Assembly (NCBI RefSeq): GCF_030144855.1
Contig: NC_082739.1
Location: 44,082,001-44,146,000, forward strand
Direction of reading: 5' to 3'
Source of the DNA: Hypanus sabinus
Taxonomy: Eukaryota
Length of the DNA stretch: 64,000 bases
The stretch's first letter is position 1, and each line of letters begins with the position of its first letter. Made by a program: the position numbers and the translations under genes. Shown in pieces: positions 12,140-24,889 of the stretch. Below the pieces are notes generated by a model. It did not search any database. It was not told the origin of the DNA and saw only the letters and a program-made list of their open reading frames with translations.

Positions 12140-13900
12140 AAAACATTGAAGCAATTTGGATTTCTTTCAGGATACAAAGTTAATCTGTCAAAATCAGCAC
12201 TGATGCTGATTAATACAGATAAAAGTAAGGTGTCTCTCCCTCCCCAGATTAATGTTACAAATGAGGTCCTCCACTTGGGTATTAAAGTTAATATGTCTCT
12301 ATCGTCTGTGGCTAAAACAAATTACTCTTTAATTTTGAAAAAACATAGAAGATATTAATAGATGGCAACACCTGTCAGCATCAGACCCAGCCCATATATC
12401 GGTCATTAAAATGAACATCTTACCCCGCATTAATTTTATCAGCTCAATGATCCCATTTGCATCTCCAGCAGGATATTGGTCAAAACTGGACTCCTTACTA
12501 TGATGCTATGTTTGGAACGGTAACCGACCCAATATAAAGTAGTTAGCTCAACAATTCAAAAAGTCGGATAGGGGATTGGTATGTCCAAATTTTAAACTGT
12601 ATCACTGGGCATTTGTATTAAAAAGTCTTAGCTATTGGATGGAGGAGGATAAAGTTTCATCATGGAAAAATATAGAACGAGAGCTAATAGCACTGATACA
12701 GTTGAAGAACTTTCTCTTTATAGGTACGTCTACCAAAAAATGTGATTTGTATTACAGTCCAATTTTAACCCATATGCTACAAGTGTTTAGAGCAGCAGAA
12801 AAATTCCTAAAATTTAAAGGTGTATGGTGCAAATCATTTTCATTATGGAACAATAATAATTTTCTATTGGGGGGGGGGAACCACTCACTAACAGAACTTG
12901 AGAGGGTAAAGGTATTACTACTCTTCAAGATATTAATGGGGCAAGTACTATCCTTAGCTTTCAAGAACTGGTATCTCAATATAATATTGATAAACACTCT
13001 CTTTTCTTCTACTTTAGAGTAAGTTCAGCTTGTAAAGCCCAAGGGTTCTCTGGGGGTCCGATTTAAAGGACCATCCCATTTTAACTTGGATACAGAGTGC
13101 TCCAAGACAGATAGTGTCATATATCTGTGATAAATTAAACTCCCAGAAATATATGCCATCAGGGATGAAAGCCTGGGATAAGGACATTTCTGAATTGGGA
13201 CAAGACTAAGACTGGGATGCGATTTGGGATAAAGCTGCCGGTGCTTTGAAAAACCCAAATCATCGGTATATACACTTGAAATTTTGTCATAGAGCATATC
13301 TAACACCGAGAATTGGACATCAAATGGGACTGGTTCCTGACCCATATTACTCATTTTGCCCCCATGGAACCGTTGGCTCTTTTATACATGTAGTATGGGA
13401 ATGTCCAGGGGTTTTTGGTTTGTAGGGAAGGTTATCAGTATTCTTACAAAACTAACAAGGGTACAGTTACCAATGGACCCTGCTGTACATCTTCTAAATG
13501 ATGACTCCCACCTTTCCCTTATGGAAAAAAAACACGCAAAATCTGGCTGACAGGCCTGACTGCAGCCAAGAAAATTGTAGTCCAGCGTTGGAAACCTCCC
13601 CATGATATTTCATATACTCACTGGCTTTGGAGCTTTTTGGACATTTCTTACCTGGAATTATCATCAGCAAGAGTAAATGATGCATGACAAACGCAATCTT
13701 AATGTGGACAAATTTGATATCTAACAAAATATCTTCTGTTAAAATAGGAATGCTTTGTCTGTGTACGCACTACTATTCAGTTGGTTGGTGGAGGGGAGAG
13801 GGGTAGGGGGGAGAAGGAGGGGTGAAGAGGGGGAAGGGGTGGAGGGGGTGGAGATGAGGGTTGGAGATGAGACTGGGTTAAACAGTCAAAATGTAATTGG
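12140..13900 (+). mobile_element. 5'-truncated L1-clade LINE (ORF2 RT C-terminus and Cys-rich domain), frameshifted
   Basis: FGFLSGYKVNLSKS, IKMNILPRINFI, PNFKLYHWA, HLKFCHRAYLTP, CPHGT.GSFLHVVWECP, AAKKIVVQRWK; G-rich 3' UTR at 13790-13860. Confidence 0.85.
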
Positions 13901-13919
13901 CAATTGGTTGTATTAAGTA

Positions 13920-14450
13920 GTGAGAGAGATAGAAGAAAATAGGCTAGTTAGCCTGATTTCAATGGCTGGGCAGATATTGGAGTCAATTATTAAGGATAAT
14001 ATTTCAGGGTACTTGGAGGCACATGATAAATTAGGCTGAAGTCAGCATGGTTTCCTTAAGGGGAAATCTTGCCTGACAAATCTGTTGGAATTCTTTGGGG
14101 GTAATAACAAACACGATAGACAAGGGAAAGTTAGTGGATGTTGTTTACTTGGATTTTCCAAAGACCTTTGACAAGGTGCCACACATGAAGCTGCTTAGCA
14201 AGATAAGAGTCCATGATATCACAGGAAAGATGCTAGCATGGATAGAAGATTTCTGACTAGCAGGAGGCAAAGAGTGGGAATGCACTTTGGTAGGAGGGAT
14301 AAAGATGTAGCTGATTTTCTGAATTGGGAGAAAATTCAATTATCAGAGGTGCAGAGGGATTCGGGAGTCCTTGCACAGTACTCCCTAAAGGTAAAGTGAG
14401 CAAATGCCATGTTAGCATTCATTTCAAGATGACTAGAATACAAGTCATTC
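13920..14450 (+). mobile_element. CR1-type LINE RT fragment
   Basis: SQHGFLKGKSCLTNLLEFF, YLDFPKTFDKVPHMKLL. Confidence 0.8.
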
Positions 14451-14699
14451 TGGTCCCAAGTACTTTGAGTTGATGGCAAAGGGCTACAGATGTGCAGTTG
14501 CAAGGTAACTAAGGTTTACCGTTGAATTTTCAAGGGTAATCGACATTCCAGAATGATAGATTGAGAGGAAAAAGAGGTGGAGAATATCTGTTAATCAAGG
14601 GGCAAGTTACTGTACAGATGAAGCATGATATTGGCTCAATGGCTCGATATGTGTTTAGCGGACATAAGAAGTAACAGGGAACAGTAACCCCTAACTGTC

Positions 14700-17020
14700 A
14701 TTACACCGTACAACAGAGTATAATGAACTGGAACTGATTAGTGAACTTAAAGTAAAAGAACCCTTAGAGGAAGTCATCATAATATGATCAAATTCACCCT
14801 AAAATTTGAGAAGGAGAAGCAAAAATCAAATCTATCAGGGAATCACAGAGGTATGAAAGAGGAGTTGGCCAGAATTGGTTGGATGCAACACTGGCACCAG
14901 AGCAGCAATGGCTGGAACTTCTGGAAGCAATCTAGAAGGCACAGGATGTATACATTTCAAAGAGGAAGAAGCATTCCAAAGGCAAGATGGTACAATTGTG
15001 GCTGACAAGGGAAGTCAAAGCCCACATAAAAGCCAAAGAGAGAGTATATAATAGAGCAAAAAATAGTGGGAAGTTAGAGGATTGGGAACTTTTTAAAAAC
15101 CAACAGAAGGCAACTAAAAAAGTCATTAAGAAGGTAAAGATGGAATATAAAAGTAAGCTAGCCAATATTAAATAATACCAAAAGTTTCTTCAGATACATG
15201 AAGTGTAAAAGTGAGGTGAAAGTGGATATCAGACCAATGGAAAATGATGCTGGAGGGATAGTAATGGGGTCCAAGGAAATGGTGGATGAACTGAACAGGT
15301 ATTTTGCAACACTGTTCACTGTGGAAGACACTAGCAGTATGGTGGGTGTTCCAGGTGTCAGGGGTCATGAAGTGTGTGAAGTTACCATTGATAGAGAGAA
15401 GTTTCTTGGGAAACTGAAAGGTCTGAAGGTAAATACATCACCTGGACCAGATGGGGTACACTCCAGGGTTCTGAAAGAGGTGACTGAAGAGATTGTGAAG
15501 ACATTAGTAATGATCTTTCAAGAATCACATAGATTGTGGAAGACTGGAAAATTGTAAATGTCACTTGACTCTTCAAGAAGGGAGAGAGGCAGAAGGAAGG
15601 ATACTATAGGCCAGTTAGTCTGACCTTAGTGGTTGGAAAGATGTTGGAGTCATTTGTTAAGGATATGGTTTTAGGGTACTTGGAGGCACATGATAAAATA
15701 GGCTGTAGTCAGCATAGTTTCTTCAAGGGAAAATTTTGCCTGACAAATCTATTGGAATCCTTTGAAGAAATAACAAGCAGGGTAGACAAAGAACTTGGAT
15801 CCTCAGAAGGCCTTTAACAAAGTAACACACATGAGGCTGCTTAACAAGCTACGAGCCAATTGTAGTACAGGAAATATTCTAGCATGAATAACTCAGCAGC
15901 TGATTGGAAGGAGGTAAAGAGTGGGAATAAAGGGAGCCTTTTCTGGTTGACAACTGGTGACTAGTAGTGTTCCACAGGGGTCTGTGTTGGGACCGATTGT
16001 TTTATGTTATATGTCAATGATTTGGATGGCAGAATTGATGGATTTTTTTGCAAAGTTTGCAGATGATTCAAAGATAGGTGGAAGGGCAGGTAGCTTTGAG
16101 GAAGTAGAGAGGCTACAGAAGGACTTAGATGGAGTGGGAGAATGGGCAAAGAAGTGGCAGATAAGATATTGTGTCAGGAAGTGTATGGTCATGCACTTCA
16201 GTAGAAGAAATTAAAGGGGTAGACTATTTTCTAAATGGAGAGAAAATACAAATAACTGAAGTGCAAAGGGACTTGGGAGTCCTTGTGCAGGATTCCCTAA
16301 AGATTAATTTGCAGGTTGAGTCTGTGGTGAGGAAGGCAAATGCAACCTTAACATTCATTTGAAGAGGACTAGAATATAAAAGCAAGGATGTAATTTTGAG
16401 AATTTATAAAGCACTGGTGAGGCTTCAATTAGAGTATTGTGTGAAATTTTGGGCCTCTCATCTTAGAAAGGATGAGCTGAAACTGGAGAAGGTTCAAAGG
16501 AGTTTCACAAAAATGAAGAGCACTTGATGGTTCCGAGTCTGTATTCACTGGAATTCAGAAGAATGATCAATTGCACCTTACCTGTTTGAAATGTGTGTCT
16601 TCATTCCAAATCATCTCCAATTGTTGCATTTTCAATGAAACCTATTGAAAGGTGAAAGGCCTTGATAGAGTGGATATGGAGAGGATGTTTCCTATGGTGG
16701 GAGAGTCTAGGACAGAGGACTCAGCCTCAGAATAGAGGGGTGCCCTTTTAGAATGGAGATGAGAAGGAACTTCTTTAGCCAGAAAGTGGTGAATCTGTGG
16801 ATTGTTTTGCCACAGGCAGCTGTGGAGGCCAAGTATTTATGTGTATTCAGGGAAGAGGTTGATAGATTCTTGATTGGTCAGGGCATGAAGGGATTTGGGG
16901 GGGTGGGCATGGGAAGGCAGAAGACTGTGACTGAGAGGAAAAATGGATCAGACATGATGAAACTGCAGAAAAGACTTGATGTGCCAAATGGCCTAATTCT
17001 GCTCCTATATCTTATGGTCT
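14700..17020 (+). mobile_element. Long degenerate CR1-type LINE (ORF2 middle to 3' end)
   Basis: Chain of ORFs 14784-17190: KSPGPDGVH-like, VPQGSVLGP, KFADDSKIGG, LVRLQLEYC, EMRRNFFSQKVVNLW. Confidence 0.9.
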
Positions 17021-17399
17021 TACAGTCTTATCATCAAGTAACAGTAGGGATTGTCAAAAAGAAAATGCAACAATTGGAGATGATTTGGAATGAAGACACA
17101 CATTTCAAACAGGTAAGGTGCAATTTTGTTTCTCAGAACGCTTGTGACTCTATGAAATTTTTGCCCTCAAGAGCTGTGGAGGTAAAGTAATAGAATTCAT
17201 CAAAAGTGGAGATTGACAGACATTTGAAATACAACAGAACCAAAGCATGTGGGGAGATTATGAAAAGTGATACTAAGGCTAACAATGGTTCAGCCATGAT
17301 CTAATTGAATGACCAGCTGGGCTTGACCCTGATTCATCCTCATCCGAAAAGCTGAAGACAAACTCCTCCCGCACCAATGTGCAGAGATCCTGATCTTTC

Positions 17400-17625
17400 T
17401 CCACAATTCTCAGGTGCCTTAGCACCCATGAACTTGGCCGTTGACCTTCATATGTACGCTCTATAATGACACAGTTTCCAGAAAAAAAGACTTCTCAGTG
17501 CTTTAAGCCCAGGCATTCATGTGGTATAGAAGTTAGGGGAACTCACACAAAACAGTGCCAGCCATTCCAATCTGTCTCAAGTCCTCTCGTCCTAGCAACA
17601 CTCTTGTGAATCTATTCTGCACCCT
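17400..17625 (-). mobile_element. CR1 3' fragment
   Basis: Reverse complement matches the LERVQKRFTRMLLG-type and GELFFWKLCHY-type segments of the other CR1 copies. Confidence 0.55.
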
Positions 17626-17869
17626 CTTTATTTTGGAACAATTATGCTGATATACTTTTCTTTTTGCATTTGGAGGATCTTTTGGAGGAGAATGGCTTCA
17701 GATGCAAACATATTTTGAAGATAAGCTTACATGTATCACCTTTGCAGGTGTCTCTCTCCCTCTCTTTCTCACACACATGCAGTCACATTTTCCGAAGATA
17801 AAGAAACACTGAGTAACTTCATTTTCTTCAATGTTGTGAATGAGTCATATTCTCAACTCAGTTGTATGT

Positions 17870-17940
17870 TTAGGAGGAAAATGTTAACAGGGTTTTGCAA
17901 TTTTAAGGAAACTGACGTCATTGACTTCTGATTTCCTCAT
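17870..17940. promoter_or_regulatory. Candidate intronic enhancer motif cluster (GGAAA next to a perfect CRE)
   Basis: aaGGAAAcTGACGTCA with the CRE palindrome at 17913-17920, extra GGAA cores nearby, in a non-repetitive island. Motif-only evidence. Confidence 0.25.
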
Positions 17941-18572
17941 TATACATCATTTTTAATTCAAACCTGATGAAGCTGATCTTTAACAGTGATCCTCACAATG
18001 TTCTCTTCCTCCCTCTACTTTGCAATCTATTTGCTGTTGTTTGCTCAGAAGTCCATATTCTCAATCTTGCTAAAAATGCTGTAAGTTGCTAGAAAATCTC
18101 AGTAGATCAGTTCATTATAGTTCACTTCAGCCTATAGTACGTGGCTCAGGCCAGTATTGAGACTTTCACTGCCTAGAACCATCCCTCTAAGGCCCCCTTT
18201 ATCTCTCTACCAAATGCTTATCCCTTGATCCCTCTACTGAACCAAGAATTCACTATTCCCTATCATGAATTTACTATCTGCTACTACCTAACAGAATCTT
18301 TGCTGTACCCTCTTCAATGCATTCACATCCCTTCTATTTAATTTCAATTTGATCCTTTTATCCATTGATGTAACTATAATCTTAGTATCTTTTGCTCTGT
18401 TGAAATATAATCATGGAAACTTACAAGCCTTCTGGTAGACATGGCTACATCTAACCACTTCCTTGCTCTTAACTCAAAACTGCAATTTCCTTTTAAAATT
18501 TACTGTAGAGCCTGCTTCTACCACCCTTTCATCTATTCCAGAAAACATTCTGTAATTTTCAGTTCCCTCTAC

Positions 18573-19507
18573 TGTTATGAGTGATGAACAGACCTGATGG
18601 ACAATGGGGTGAAGAGTTAACCAATCCCCCTCCCCGAGAAACACGAACTATTACTGTTGCTATGCTGACCATGGGAAAGAGAAACGAAAAACAAGCAAGA
18701 ACATTTGTGACCGATAAGAGAGAGGGGGAAATTGCTGTTTAACTGTATTGTGACTCCTTTTTTGAATTATTTACTGTTTCGCTGCAAGGACTATAGTTTG
18801 CTCATAAACATTCCTCAGTGGACTGAAGGAGTGGCCTGATTTGATGTACACAGTCATTCAGGAGTGATGGATAGCTGAGTCCCCATGAGTAGGAATAAAA
18901 AGACAGGTCTGGAGAGACACCCTCCAGACATGCCAGTGGACACTGATTGAGTGATGGAACCCACAAGAAAGGTGGGGGCTTCGGAGACCGAACCAGGAGG
19001 TCGTTCAGTAAAGCTCATAGTGTTAAAGCAGGGCCGGTGGGGACTTGTGTGTGTGTCCACTCATGCCAGAGTGATGAGTCCACCACAGAAGAATGGTCTA
19101 GCAGAAGGACGGAGAGGTCATAACTGAATGACCACACCGATACGACGGGTTAAGGAAGCAAAGGAAGGTTTGCCTGACTGTAGCTGTTACATCTCGCTCA
19201 CTCGCTCTCTCTCTCTCTCTCCAACGATTACAATAACTACATCAGCACTTACGAACTGAACTGAACTTTATACTTTTCTATGACAATTTATTTACCCCTA
19301 GACATCGATAGAGCTTGTTTATTATTGATTATTATTATTCCTACACTTTTAGGTTTATTACTGCTAACTTGTTTTATATGTATATTTGCATTACTGACAT
19401 GGTTTTTGCTTATTTTTATTAATAAACACCTTTAGTTTGGTACCACCAGACTCCAACAGATTCTTCTTTCTCTGCTGGTTAGACACCCAGTTACGGGGTA
19501 CGTAACA
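18573..19507 (+). mobile_element. Solo LTR (935 bp) with 4-bp TSD CTAC
   Basis: Termini TGTTAT...GTAACA, CTAC immediately on both sides (18569-18572 and 19508-19511), AATAAA near 19421. Confidence 0.85.
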
Positions 19508-20659
19508 CTACACAGCACCAGTGGCTTGGGTTCAGTCCCATCCTCTGATGCTGTCTCAACAACTGGTATTGCCGTTTGCTCCCTCATTTCAAAATAAAAC
19601 ACGAGTTGGAAGATAGAAATAAAACAAATGTGCAAATTCTAGAAATCCGAAATGAAAACAGAATATGCTGGAAGAATGCCAGGCAGCATTGATGGAAAAA
19701 GAAACCATCTATGTTTAATCACAACCTCTTTCCCACTTCTTCTGAAGAGTTACAGACCTCTGCACAGATGCAACTCATCCGGTTGAGCTTTTCGAAAGTA
19801 TTGTTTTTGCATTTGTGTGAATTGGTTGGTTATAGAGTGACTTTAAATTGCTCCTGTGTACAGATGAGTGGTAGAATCAGGGAATGGAGAGCAATAAGTT
19901 AATGTGAAGGAAAAAAGATGATTATATTAAGATCAGAGTAAAGATATATGCTTGAATGTCAGTGTGGACTTGAGGAATGAAGAGCCAGTTTCTATGCTGT
20001 ATCACTCAAGTTGCTAAAATCCTCATTCAGTCATAACTCTGACTTTAGTCAATTCTCTGAAATTTTTTCCTCTCAGGTCAGGAAAGTAACCATCTCTCCT
20101 TACTTATTGAGATAACATCTATTAACACCTTTCATACTTCTGACAACTCAGTTCAATCATGCTTCAACTTTCTCCACACTGAACTCCATCTATCTAGTTT
20201 ATCCAAATGGCACTGAATCCATTCCTCTATTACACGTCACAACCTTGGGTTGTCGGCAGAGTATTCTGCGGGCTCTGAGTTTTTGTATTTTCTGAGTTTT
20301 CTATGTCATGCTTCAGATTTTTTTTAATGTGTTACGGTTAGATAACACATTCTCTAGTTTACATTTAAGTTGCAATTGTCCTTGAATACTTCCATTAATT
20401 TTCCTTGAGACTTTGCAAGTGTCCAATTAAGTAACCCTGGACTTTGTTCTCTTATCAGAATGGTTACTTGTAAGTTTGTCCAGAGTCTGGGGTTTAAATT
20501 AGCTGGGCATGGATTCCTCTGTGCCCTGGTGTGTATTTTAAAGGGTGGTGCTAACCTCTCATTTGCTCGGTTGTCCTGCTCCTTACCAAGTGAAGTTCTG
20601 GCAGAGTTACCAAAGATCTTTTAAGGGCCATTGTTGGGGGAGGGAAGGGGGAGGGGGAG

Positions 20660-20676
20660 AGGGAGAGGGAGAGGGA

Positions 20677-20735
<59 letters not shown>
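20660..20735. repeat. (GA)n / (GAGGGA)n microsatellite
   Basis: Directly visible purine dinucleotide run. Confidence 0.95.
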
Positions 20736-20737
<2 letters not shown>

Positions 20738-22089
20738 TTGTCATGAGAAGGGACCAAGGAACCTCTATCACCCCATCTGGGGGTAGCAGGCGGCTGCAAG
20801 ACTTCTCCACATTGTGGCCAAGTACTCCATCCAGTTCTGGACCCAGACGCTTGAGAATCGGTTGAATGGAGAAGCCCTCATTGCCGTTCTACAGAAATCT
20901 GAATGAAAAGCTCAAGGACGAACTGGTGGCCCATGAACCAGTACAGGACCTCAATGGACTGATTGACTGAGATATCCGACACGATAATCAGGGGTCCGAG
21001 CATTAGAGGGAGCGTTGCAGAGAGTTCCCCAGATTTGGTTCCATCTATCCCCCATTCTTCACCCACATTTTCTACTTGTCCAAGCAGCCGAGCAGGACCC
21101 ATCTCACCCCAGTGCTGTGGGACAGCAGATTGAGAGAGCGAGACTGTGCCTTTATTGTGGAGCAACAAGGCACTTTGACCTACTTGTCTAGGGATGTTGG
21201 GAAACTCAAGGGGCCGTTTAGTTGAGGGAGATCTGTGCCAGTTCTGATCTTATGACCCCTGAGATACGTGTGCTCTCTTTATTGACCTGGGGCAACAAGG
21301 AACATTTATAGACACGGGTTCTGCAAGTAACTCTTTAAAATCTGTGGGTGTCCAGATAGATGAGTCCCAATCGCTAAGCTAGATCATTCCTTAACACCAC
21401 ATCCCTTGATGAGTGAACACTTGAGCCAGAAAAGGTGCATCATGTTTCAAAGCCCCTGCACTTCTGGATAGGGGACCATTCTGAAATGCTTAGTTTTCAA
21501 CTTCTCTGTTCCCCCTGGGATCCTTCTCAGTTTAGGATGGCCCCGTTATAGATGATCTAATGGCAGTGTCCTGGGCTGGGCTTGCAGCTGTCATAAGGTC
21601 TGCCTCCCAGCTTCCCGAGTTCCTGAGACTGCCTCTGACATTCCCAAGTTTGCAACTTTTGATCTCAAAAGTTCCCCCTGAGTTTTCAGACATCAGTGAG
21701 GTTTTCAGTAAATAGATGGCAATCACGTTACTGCCCCTTTGGCACTATAATTGTGTCATAGAGTTACTTGCCAGGGACCTGTCCACCACCAGGAAGATAT
21801 ATATTCAAGAGGTTTATCAGACCCTCCACTTCTCCAGCGGGAATGGGGTGCTTTTTTGTAACCAGAAAAGATGATAGCTTAAGACCTTGCATACAGGGTC
21901 CTAAACAAAACAACAATTAAGAATTGCTCCCCCACCCCCTTACCCCTAATTAACACAGCATTTGAATTGTTGCAAGAGACAACCATTTTCGCAAAACTGG
22001 ACCTGAGGGCTTCACTTAATTCGTATTTGTGAAGGGGATGAGTGGAAGACAACTTTAATACCCCAACAAGTTATTATAAATACTTAAGC

Positions 22090-23350
22090 AATGGCCTTTT
22101 GGGTAGCAGCTTTGAGTGTCCCATCGACAAGGACCCAAGATCTCGCTGATCCTTCACACTGCCAAGAATCTTACCATTAATACTATATTCTGTCTTCAAA
22201 CTTGACCTACCAAAATAAACCATCTCACACTTATCTGGGTTTAAGTCCATCTGCCACTTCTTAGCCCAGTTCTGCATCCTATCGATGTCCCGTAGTAATC
22301 TCTGACAACCCTCCAGACTATCCACAACACCACCCCACAACCTTTCTGTCATCAGCAAACTTACTAACTCACCTTTCAACTTCTTCATCCAGGTCATTTA
22401 TAAAAATCACAAAGAAGAGGGGTCCCAGAACAGATCCCTGATGAACACCACTGGTCACCAACCTCCATGTACTGTAGAATATGAGCCATCTACAACTACC
22501 TTTTACATTCTGTGGGAAAGCCAATTCTGGATCCATAAACAAGGTCTCCTTGGATCCCATGCCTCTTTACTTTCTGAATGAGCCTTGCATGGGGAACCTT
22601 ATCAAACGCCTTACTGAAATCCATATACACTACATCCACTGCTCTACCTTCATCAATGTGTTTTGTTATATCCTCAAAGAACTCAGTCAGGCTCGTAAGG
22701 CACAACCTGCCCTTTACAAAGCTACGCTGACTATCCCTAATCAGATTATGTCTCTCCAAATGCCTCTAAGGATCTTCTCCAACAACTTGCCCACTACTGA
22801 AGTCAGACTCACTGGTCTATAATTTCCTGGGTTATCTCCACTTCCTTTCTTGAACAAGGGAACACCATTTGCAACCCTCCAATCCTCTAGTACTTCTCCT
22901 GTCACCTTTTGATGATGCAAAGATCATCGCCAGAGGCTCAGCATTCTCCTCCCTCGGTTCCCACAGCAGCCTAGGGTACATCTCATCTGGTCCTGGCGAC
23001 TTGTCTAACAATGCATTTCAAAAGCTCCAGCACATCCTCCTTCTTAATGTCTATAGGCTGAAGTGTTTCAGTCCACTGTAAGTCATCCCCACTATTGCCA
23101 AGGTCCTTTACCCTGGTGAATACTGAAGCAAAGTATTCATTTAAGTACCTCCACTACCTCCAACTCCATGCACACATTTCCACTATTGCATCTGATTGGT
23201 CCTGTTCTTACACAGTTCATCCTCTTGCTCTTCGCATCCTTGTAGGATGCCTTGGGATTTTCCTTAATCCTGTTCACCAAGGCATTCTCATTGCTTCTTC
23301 TAGCTTTTCAAATTTCACTCTTAAGCTCCTTCCTGGCTTCAGCTGACTTC
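22090..23350 (-). mobile_element. CR1-type LINE inserted into the chromovirus pol
   Basis: Minus ORFs VKGRLCLTSLTEFFE...[46 protein letters not shown]. It interrupts pol between RT and integrase. Confidence 0.9.
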
Positions 23351-24709
23351 CAGATATTTGATTAATGAAGTTTTAAGGGCAATGCTTAACAAGTTTGTGT
23401 TTGTGTCCTCAGTGACACGTATCCAAATTGAAACCTTACTTTGTATCCCCATTGTCCCCGATTCCCAAGCCACCCACTCTGACCCCCAGCAAGGATTGTA
23501 GACTGTGAAACTGTCTACACAGTCTGTAGACTGCTTTATTCATGGAAATTAAGTGGACAGCTACAAAACTTAGTAGACTGGGGAGGATATGGTCTGGAGG
23601 AATGATGCTGGTTTCCTTCCAAGGGTATATTGGATCCTGACCTTATTTCAGAATTCCACCATTTACATCCAGATCATCCTGGCCGTCAGGTACCGACCGC
23701 AGTGGGAGGGGGTTGAGCCACAACCTTGGGTTGTTGGTAGAGGCTTCTGAGGGCTCTGTTATTTTTTGCTGTTTTTTTGTATTCTCTGCACTTCATTAAT
23801 CATAATTGTGATACATTGTTGTGCTTTGGGTTTATGTGTTATAGTTAGGTCTTCTGTAGTTTACATTTAAGTTGTTCTTGAATACTTCCATTAATTCTCC
23901 TCAAGACTTGGCAGATATCCAATTAAGTATCCTTGGACTTATGTTCCTTAACAGAAGGGTTACTTGTAAACTTGTCGCAAGTCTGGGGTTTTAACTAGCT
24001 GGGTGAGGATTCCTTTGTGCCCTGGAATATGTCTAAAGGGGTAGTGTTAACTCCTCAGGGAAGTTCTCGCCAAGTTATCCAACACCTTGTAAATTCTGCT
24101 GTTTAGTTTTGACTCTTTTATTGATAAAATTCCAAGTTTAGTTAAATCATTCTAAGTCTGCCATTCTGCATTTAGGTCCAAAAATGCAGCGTGACAGTTA
24201 CCTAGCTACAACTACTACCAGTACAGAGCTGTTTTGTAAGCTATTTGCCATGCATGAAGGTTCCGTTGTACATCTTATCAGCTCGCATCTGCCCATTTGT
24301 TACTAACTTGTCGTATGTAAATGAAAAATGAGCAATATGAGAACTGGTGTAAAGTAAGAAAATATGCAAGTCGTTCTATTATAATTCAGACACTTCGCAT
24401 TGTAATTCTTTGTGGCAACTGCACACTAAACATACAAAATGGTAACAATGCACAAAAGCACATGAGGAACTCAACAAGTCAGGCAGGATCTATGAGGGAA
24501 ATAGACCATATCCTTTTTTCCCCACTGTCCTGCTGTGATGCTTCAGCTGAGATCGAGCCAAACTGCTCAGATTCCTGGACTGAGTTCCGAGCTGCTTGTC
24601 ACTGTTAACTTTTGTAAATTTCTCCACAAACTAATCCAGTTGTCTGACTCTTAACACTTTGATTTATGACAAACAGTGAAGGATCAAGTACATTCATTAA
24701 GACACTAAC

Positions 24710-24791
24710 CTGTTGGACATCTCTGCTCCTGTAAGAACACTATCAACTGTAACAATGTGCTTGTTGTCAACATCCCTTTAATTTGGTCCAT
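24710..24791 (-). CDS. Candidate leader (signal peptide) exon of the IgSF receptor: MDQIKGMLTTSTLLQLIVFLQEQRCPT(G)
   Basis: Read by hand. ATG at 24791 (second ATG at 24773), hydrophobic core TLLQLIVFL, phase-1 donor ACAG|gttagt that joins in frame to the V exon (G-APVVLKV). Lies in unique sequence. Linkage across a 14.2-kb intron is inferred. Confidence 0.55.
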
Positions 24792-24889
24792 CTTCTTTCG
24801 ATCTTTACAGAAATCTTGGTACACAATACGCTCTCATGAACAACTTCTTCAGAGTGGGTGCAATTGGTTGAACCGACACATCTGACCTT

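Larger units (their letters stand above)
20235..24195 (+). mobile_element. Fossil Ty3/Gypsy chromovirus (sushi-like) with paired diverged LTRs
   Basis: 5' LTR ~20235-20610 aligns by eye with 3' LTR ~23714-24195. PPT agtgggaggggg at 23701. Gag EKLKDELVAHE and CLYCG knuckle; RT LPLINTAFELLQ..IFAKLDLR; chromodomain VDWE.YGLEE.CW..ILDPDLISEFH at ~23575-23680. Confidence 0.88.
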
